Positions 41,069 to 47,070 of a DNA stretch of 47,070 bases are shown piece by piece (position 1 is the first letter of the stretch; each line of letters begins with the position of its first letter). Source of the stretch: an uncultured Rhodopirellula sp. (GTDB taxonomy: Bacteria; Planctomycetota; Planctomycetia; Pirellulales; Pirellulaceae); assembly GCA_964007735.1 (NCBI GenBank), contig CAXGAI010000036.1, forward strand, positions 1 through 47,070. The letters run 5' to 3'. The notes beneath the pieces were generated by a model. It worked only from the letters and a program-made list of their open reading frames with translations. It did no database searches and was not told where the DNA came from. The translations under genes were made by a program, and so were the position numbers.

Positions 41069-42970
41069 CTACACAGTCTCCATATTGACTGTATCCTGTG
41101 CCATATCCCTGCACGCCCGATAAACACCTTCAGAGTCCAATCCTAGGTCACTCAGCAGCTCTCTACGTTCCCCGTGTTCTACAAAAATATCCGGAATCCC
41201 CAATCGGCAAATATGAGATGTGTTCAATCGACGCTCAGCAGCAAATTCCAACACTGCAGAACCGAATCCACCGATCAGGGCAGCCTCCTCAACCGTTACC
41301 ACAAACGGACTGTTACGCAACACGTCTGAGACAACGTGCTCATCAAGCGGTTTTACAAATCGCACGTTTACCACACCTACGTCCATCCCATCTTCTTTCA
41401 GCTTTGCGGCCGCCTTTAAACTCGGCTCAACCATCGCTCCCAGAGCGAGTATTGTTCCGTCTTTGCCCGTGGACAAGACTTCTGATTTGCCAAACTGAAC
41501 TGGAGCCGGATCACGATTTAGCTGCGGGGAAATACCTTTAGGGTAACGAATTGCGGTAGCCGAATCATGATTCAGAGAAAATTCCAACATCGCCTGCATA
41601 TCGTACTCGTCAGCCGGCGCCATAATGGAAATGTTGGGAAAAACTCGCAGATAACCCAAGTCAAAGACACCGTGATGAGTCGGACCATCTGGCCCCGCCA
41701 AACCCGCACGATCCAACATAAATGTCACCGGAAGATCCTGTAAGCAAACTTCCTGGAAAATATGGTCATAGCTACGTTGTAGGAACGTGCTGTAAATTGC
41801 CACAATGGGACGAGCACCCGCTTTACACTGGCCTCCGGCAAAGGCGACGGCATGACCTTCACAAATCCCCACGTCAAAGAAACGATCCGGATGAGTGTCA
41901 CGGACAGGCTCGAGCTTGTTTCCCTGACACATCGCTGCTGTCATGCAAGTAACAAGCTCATTCTTTTCCATCTGCTCCAGAATTGCTTCACGAGCGTGAA
42001 CAGTATAATTAAGCAGATTTGAACCGCCTGCGGTTTTTTGCTGAAAGACCGCTTTGCCTTCCACCCGTTCAAAGACGGGCGGCGCGTGGAAGGTGCGTGG
42101 GTCCTCTTCAGCCGGCTTAAATCCATGTCCTTTCTGCGTCACAACATGAATCAACACCGGCTCGTGGATTCCCTTTGCCATTTTTAGATACTTACGCATC
42201 AAACCAATGTCATGCCCATCAATCGGCCCAAGATACTGAAAGCCCAATTCCTCAAATAGCATTCCACCATGAAAACCAGCTTTTACAGCTTCTTTCATTT
42301 GTGCCAGAAAACGTTCGGCCGGGTCGCCTACAACGGGGACACGTCCGAGTACTTTCTGCACGCCAGCCTTTAAAGTCGGATAGATGGAATTTCGCAAACG
42401 GTCCAGATACGAAGCAACGCCTCCCACACGAGGGCAAATTGACATTTCGTTATCGTTGAGCACTACCAGCAAATTACCATCGGCATTATTCATTGCCTCA
42501 TAAACAATGCCGGAAGGAAAAGCTCCGTCACCAATTACGGCCACCGATTTACGATCGGCGTTTCCGGACAAGATATCGCCGCTATGCAGACCCTGAGCCG
42601 TAGAAACACTGGCACCCGCATGGCCTGTCATAAACAAGTCATAATCGCTTTCAGCAGGATTAGGGTATCCCATCAATCCCCGCTTCGTACGAATCGATTT
42701 AAATTGTTGATACCGGCCGGTGATAAGTTTATGCGGATAGATTTGATGACCCGTATCCCAAATCAGTCGATCATGACGAAAATCGAAAATACTATGCAAA
42801 GCCAAACATAATTCCACCACTCCAAGGTTGGAGGCAAAGTGGGCAGACCGCTCGCTCAGCAAATCGCACATTACATCGCAGATTTCAGCAGCTGTTTGAT
42901 CAAGGTCAGCCACCGACATCTCATGCAATTCCAAGGGCGATTGCAATTTAGAAAGAATCGGATGTTCCAT
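41069..42970 (-). CDS. dxs: 1-deoxy-D-xylulose-5-phosphate synthase
   Basis: HFASNLGVVEL, WDTGHQ, IGDGA...LNDNEMSI, GPIDGHD, YSTFLQRSYD, DGPTHHG. Confidence 0.97.
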   Translation of the reverse strand: MEHPILSKLQSPLELHEMSVADLDQTAAEICDVMCDLLSERSAHFASNLGVVELCLALHSIFDFRHDRLIWDTGHQIYPHKLITGRYQQFKSIRTKRGLMGYPNPAESDYDLFMTGHAGASVSTAQGLHSGDILSGNADRKSVAVIGDGAFPSGIVYEAMNNADGNLLVVLNDNEMSICPRVGGVASYLDRLRNSIYPTLKAGVQKVLGRVPVVGDPAERFLAQMKEAVKAGFHGGMLFEELGFQYLGPIDGHDIGLMRKYLKMAKGIHEPVLIHVVTQKGHGFKPAEEDPRTFHAPPVFERVEGKAVFQQKTAGGSNLLNYTVHAREAILEQMEKNELVTCMTAAMCQGNKLEPVRDTHPDRFFDVGICEGHAVAFAGGQCKAGARPIVAIYSTFLQRSYDHIFQEVCLQDLPVTFMLDRAGLAGPDGPTHHGVFDLGYLRVFPNISIMAPADEYDMQAMLEFSLNHDSATAIRYPKGISPQLNRDPAPVQFGKSEVLSTGKDGTILALGAMVEPSLKAAAKLKEDGMDVGVVNVRFVKPLDEHVVSDVLRNSPFVVTVEEAALIGGFGSAVLEFAAERRLNTSHICRLGIPDIFVEHGERRELLSDLGLDSEGVYRACRDMAQDTVNMETV

Positions 42971-43020
42971 AAAAAATTTCTGTCAATTAAAGGTGGAGAT
43001 GTATAGTCTCTTCTTTTAAT

Positions 43021-43917
43021 TTAGTTATTGCGTTCCAAAACGAAATATGCCAACTGTCTTAAAGGTTCGGCAGTTTCCCCAAATATATCCAGTTGTTGAC
43101 AGGCCTGACGGATCAGATCTGCTGCTAAATCCCGACTTCCCTCGACACCCATCAGGGCGGGGTAAGTCAGCTTTCCGTGTTCTGTATCTTTTCCGGTTTG
43201 CTTTCCAAGTTGTTCCGTGTCTCCCTGTTCATCAAGGAGGTCATCAACAATCTGAAAGGCCAATCCCAGATGCCTTCCATACGTATCGAGACGGGTAATT
43301 TGTTCATCCTCCCCACCGGCCGCAATACCGCCTAATCGCAATGCCACGCGAAACATCGCTCCGGTCTTCCGTTCATGAATCCTCTGTAGTTGTTCCACAT
43401 TACCCACACTATTTTCAGCCTGCAGGTCGTCCACCTGACCACCGACAAGCTGACATGGGCCGGCTGCTTCGGTTAGCTCCCGTATACAACGGACAACCTT
43501 TTCAGGCGAAGCATCGCATCGGGCAATTACTTCGAATGCCTGAGCAAGTAGTGCATCACCTGCAAGAATCGCATTTGCCTCTCCGTAAGCAACATGAACT
43601 GTCGGTAACCCCCGACGAAGCTCATCATCATCCATGGCTGGCAAATCGTCATGAATCAAAGAGTAAGTGTGAATCATTTCGACCGCACACGCAGAAGCCA
43701 GTGACACATTACTTCTATGCCCGCAAGCATCCGAGGCCATTAACACAAGCATTGGCCGCAGGCGTTTGCCCGGAGCTAACAAAATATGCCGTATTGCATC
43801 TTCTAATACCCGCGGACAACCTTCCCCGTAGGTGGCCACATTTGCCAACAGTTCGTCCACCTCATGCCGCACCTGTCTCATATACTGAGAAAGTGCAACT
43901 TCGTCGCTAGTTGTCAT
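43021..43917 (-). CDS. ispA: Farnesyl diphosphate synthase / geranyltranstransferase
   Basis: GKRLRP, IHDDLPAMDDDELRRG, KTGA, FQIVDDLLD. Start uncertain (43917-43980). Confidence 0.92.
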   Translation of the reverse strand: MTTSDEVALSQYMRQVRHEVDELLANVATYGEGCPRVLEDAIRHILLAPGKRLRPMLVLMASDACGHRSNVSLASACAVEMIHTYSLIHDDLPAMDDDELRRGLPTVHVAYGEANAILAGDALLAQAFEVIARCDASPEKVVRCIRELTEAAGPCQLVGGQVDDLQAENSVGNVEQLQRIHERKTGAMFRVALRLGGIAAGGEDEQITRLDTYGRHLGLAFQIVDDLLDEQGDTEQLGKQTGKDTEHGKLTYPALMGVEGSRDLAADLIRQACQQLDIFGETAEPLRQLAYFVLERNN

Positions 43918-43988
43918 AGGAAACTCGAATCCGATTGAATTATCAACGTGAGCACACATCATGCGCAACCGTAGAATCAACCTTTAAT

Positions 43989-44318
43989 CTAAAACAGGTC
44001 GCCAGACTCGTCTATATCCTCTCCAGCTGACCTGCGATGAGAGCGAGATGTCTGCTTCTCGTCCAGCGTCGTCTGTTGATCTTCAAAAACTTCGGTTACC
44101 GGTTTGCCCTCTGCATCCACACCGGTCAGAAGCTCGATCTTTCGTTCAGCCCCCGCCAATGCCTCATGACAATGCTTTAGCAGACCAACGCCCCGCTGGT
44201 AGCATTCAAGTGATTCTGACAAACCAAGCTGCCCGTTTTCCAATTGAGCAACGATTTCTTGAAGCCCCTCTAAAGCCTGCTCGAATGTCAGTTCTTCCTG
44301 CTGTTTTTCTTTTCCCAT
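43989..44318 (-). CDS. xseB: Exodeoxyribonuclease VII small subunit
   Basis: FEQALEGLQEIVAQLENGQLGLSESL...AERKI, in the xseA-xseB-ispA-dxs order. Confidence 0.93.
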   Translation of the reverse strand: MGKEKQQEELTFEQALEGLQEIVAQLENGQLGLSESLECYQRGVGLLKHCHEALAGAERKIELLTGVDAEGKPVTEVFEDQQTTLDEKQTSRSHRRSAGEDIDESGDLF

Positions 44319-44353
44319 GGGTTCCCCCCCTCACTTTACGTACCGAAGTCCGA

Positions 44354-45628
44354 TTACCGCTCAACACCTTCGATTTCCTCGCGGGACTGAACGACCGTAC
44401 TATATATTTTTCCGTCCATTACCCTGGTTACCATCTCCTGACCATCCTGAACGTCATTAACCTTTTGTATCACATTACCAGACGTATCCTGTGTAACACT
44501 ATATCCTCGCTGTAAAACCCCCAGCGGATTTAAAGCGTTTAAGCCGGCAGTAGCCAACGCAACTTTCTCCTTGCCGCGACCAACATGGTCATGCATAGCT
44601 CGCTTTAACCTCTGTTCCCAGTCATCCACTAACCGAGCTCGCTGCTCTATCAATTCTTCCGGACGATTCAATACCGGTCGCAAAGCGAGCGTCTTCAATT
44701 GCTGCCGGGCACGCAAAACACGGCTTTGTAAAGTGCTAACAAGCCGTTGCTGATTCGCTTCAAGTACTCCTCGCACATCCGCTTCCGAAGGCACTGCTAG
44801 TTCTGCCGCCTCCGAAGGCGTAAGAGCACGACGATCCGCAACCAAATCGGACAACGTGACATCAATCTCGTGACCAACTGCTGAAATCACTGGAATAGCA
44901 CTATCGAAAATTGCCCTAACAACTTCTTCTTCATTGAAGCACCACAGATCTTCCATACTACCACCACCACGGCCAACCACTAGCAGATCCGGAGGATCTG
45001 CTAGTCCATTGGCGGTTCGAATGCCTGCTGCAATTTCCCCGGAAGCCTCCGCTCCCTGAACCCTCGCAGGGATTACGATAACATGTACATTACTCCAACG
45101 TCTTCGAATCACTTCCAAAAAGTCACGTATGGCTGCCCCGGAAGGACTGGTAACAAAAGCAATCTTACGAGGAAGCCAGGGTGGCGACTGTTTATGCTCT
45201 TCATCAAACAATCCTTCTGCGGCTAACTGGCGTTTCATTTGCTCAAACGCCAATTGCAGTCCACCGACTCCCTTCGGTTCTGCGTGATTTACGACTAACT
45301 GATAGCTGCCACGAACCACGTACAAATCGATCTTGCCACGGCAAACCAACTGTTGTCCATCTTCAATTTGAAAAGGAAGGCGGGAAGCTGAACTGCGCCA
45401 AAGGACGGCACGAATGGTTGCTTCTTCATCCTTCAGACTAAAGTAGAAGTGACCTGAACTGGGTCTGGAAAGATCTGAAACCTCCCCCACAACCCAAACA
45501 TCACCAAATGCGGCTCCTAATAGATCTTTGGCAGCGGTATTCAATTGACTGACAGAGAGAAGTTGAGGGGGCTCTGAAATCTGGATCTCCTGTTCATCCG
45601 AATCCCGAAACAGGAATGAATCATTCAT
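44354..45628 (-). CDS. xseA: Exodeoxyribonuclease VII large subunit
   Basis: SGHFYFSLKD, VTSPSGAAIRD, GRGGGSMEDLWCFN, SAVGHEID, LQRGYS. Confidence 0.96.
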   Translation of the reverse strand: MNDSFLFRDSDEQEIQISEPPQLLSVSQLNTAAKDLLGAAFGDVWVVGEVSDLSRPSSGHFYFSLKDEEATIRAVLWRSSASRLPFQIEDGQQLVCRGKIDLYVVRGSYQLVVNHAEPKGVGGLQLAFEQMKRQLAAEGLFDEEHKQSPPWLPRKIAFVTSPSGAAIRDFLEVIRRRWSNVHVIVIPARVQGAEASGEIAAGIRTANGLADPPDLLVVGRGGGSMEDLWCFNEEEVVRAIFDSAIPVISAVGHEIDVTLSDLVADRRALTPSEAAELAVPSEADVRGVLEANQQRLVSTLQSRVLRARQQLKTLALRPVLNRPEELIEQRARLVDDWEQRLKRAMHDHVGRGKEKVALATAGLNALNPLGVLQRGYSVTQDTSGNVIQKVNDVQDGQEMVTRVMDGKIYSTVVQSREEIEGVER

Positions 45629-45728
45629 TGTCAAACACGAGCCTTTCAAACCAGTTTGTCCAAAGTGTCCCGCCGGACTCAACAGCGAGTAACTTCAATA
45701 TACTAAAACGGAGACAACGCCGTATCAT

Positions 45729-46454
45729 TTAGGCTGCTCGCCGAAAGCTACCAGGCTCCGGCAGTAGAACTTGCTGGCCTTCAAGAAAAGCTCCGGTTTT
45801 AGCCCAATGCTCAGCACAAGTCGTTTTTTGCTCCAGCACATCCTGAACAAATTCTCGGTAATGTTCTATCCCATCACGATCCAACCCTTCCGGAATGTGA
45901 ATCCGCCGCCCAATCATCATACGAGCCTGCGTGAAAGGTTTTGGAATGGCAAATCGATCCCACGCTTTTTCCATTCGCCAACAAGAATTATATCCAAATC
46001 CAAGACAAACCAAAGGTATCTTTAACCGAGAAGCAAGATAGATACACCCCGGAGCAAGAACGCGCCGAGGCCCCCGCGGTCCGTCTGGCGTCATCGTCAG
46101 ATTCATCTCCTTGCCAACTTGCATCAATTTTTTCAGGCTGGCCACACCACCACGGGAAGAACTACCTCGCACGGTACCAAAACCCATATAGCGCGCAGCA
46201 TGTGAAAGCCATTCAGCATCACGATGGCGACTAAGCAACATCGTGATATTACATCGCCCTCGCAAATAGAACGGAATCGGAATATACTCGTGCCAGAACA
46301 AATAGATATTCGGGCCTTCAAACCCATCAATAACGGGGTCAATGGCTGGCTCCTCTCGATGAACCTGATACTTCAGTGTCCCCATCCAACTGCGCATGAG
46401 CCTGGTAAGGCCAAACCCGCCAAGTCGCATTACCCAGGGAGTATCTATTTTCAT
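45729..46454 (-). CDS. DUF374 / lysophospholipid acyltransferase family protein
   Basis: FWHE, LSRHRDAE, VRGSSSRGG, TPDGPRGP, WDRFAIPKPF. Confidence 0.85.
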   Translation of the reverse strand: MKIDTPWVMRLGGFGLTRLMRSWMGTLKYQVHREEPAIDPVIDGFEGPNIYLFWHEYIPIPFYLRGRCNITMLLSRHRDAEWLSHAARYMGFGTVRGSSSRGGVASLKKLMQVGKEMNLTMTPDGPRGPRRVLAPGCIYLASRLKIPLVCLGFGYNSCWRMEKAWDRFAIPKPFTQARMMIGRRIHIPEGLDRDGIEHYREFVQDVLEQKTTCAEHWAKTGAFLEGQQVLLPEPGSFRRAA

Positions 46455-46498
46455 CTCGCGTTACATCCTTGCTTCACAGTTGCTTGTTGAAAGTTATC

Positions 46499-47068
46499 TT
46501 ACAACGGCCAATCGCCGCTATAAACTTCCGACGCAGGACCCGTCATGAAGACATGGTTCGATACTTCATCCCAAAACAATTCCAAATCTCCACCAAGCAA
46601 GTGATTCAAAATATGGCGGTCCGTCCGACCGGTCAAAACGCCAGCAACACACACCGCGCTAGCACCGGTACCACATGCCCAAGTTTCCCCCGACCCGCGT
46701 TCCCAGGTTCGCTGACTCACTTCCTTCGTCGATTTCACTTCAATGAACTCGACGTTAACGCGAGCCGGAAAGACCGGATGATTTTCGATTTTAGGCCCAA
46801 CGCCGAGAACTAATTCGTCAGTGGCTTCGTCTACATAAATGACACAGTGTGGATTACCCATCGACACACAAGTGACTTCAAACGTCTGCCCATCCACCTC
46901 GAGAACTTGGTTTGCAACAGGTGTGCTTTCAAAGGTCGTCGGAATTTCCCCCGCATCTAGGATGGGTTCCCCCATATCCACTCGCACACGTTCGACCTGA
47001 TCCCCGACAACCTCCACTTCGAGTGCTAGTACACCCGCTCCGGTTTCAATGGTTAGTGATTCCTTGCC
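46499..47068 (-). CDS. dapF: Diaminopimelate epimerase, 5' partial
   Basis: Open to the window edge (IETGAG). [29 protein letters not shown]. Confidence 0.95.
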   Translation of the reverse strand, partial: GKESLTIETGAGVLALEVEVVGDQVERVRVDMGEPILDAGEIPTTFESTPVANQVLEVDGQTFEVTCVSMGNPHCVIYVDEATDELVLGVGPKIENHPVFPARVNVEFIEVKSTKEVSQRTWERGSGETWACGTGASAVCVAGVLTGRTDRHILNHLLGGDLELFWDEVSNHVFMTGPASEVYSGDWPL

Positions 47069-47070
47069 AC

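Noticed and set aside
43341..44515. 189-aa and 155-aa + strand ORFs
   Set aside because: Antisense shadows of ispA and xseB/xseA. The same applies to the other nested ORFs in the track.

Overview
Mostly housekeeping chromosomal segment of a bacterium, very probably a planctomycete (inferred from DUF1501-, DUF1570- and BBP7-like proteins and several lineage-typical hypotheticals). Core genes: eno, riboflavin synthase, rsmA, surE, guaA, guaB, ettA, efpL, proC, nnrE, dnaA-like, nadK, dxs, ispA, xseAB and a partial dapF. The window carries most of the selenocysteine machinery: selB-selA plus a separate tRNA-Sec(UCA) at 13129-13225 that the ORF track does not show. I see no CRISPR array, transposase, integrase or phage gene. 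Best leads: (1) an unannotated ~260-nt structured non-coding RNA candidate at ~19075-19333, with an apparent promoter and terminator, directly after an unannotated 45-aa Lys-rich ORF and lying between ettA and efpL; (2) a single 1136-aa fatty acyl-AMP ligase-ACP-alpha-oxoamine synthase fusion that could make a sphingoid-like aminoketone lipid; (3) two more structured intergenic segments; (4) two genes that seem to need non-canonical start codons and one apparently frameshifted LRR gene. All family calls come from motif recognition by eye; no database searches or folding programs were run.
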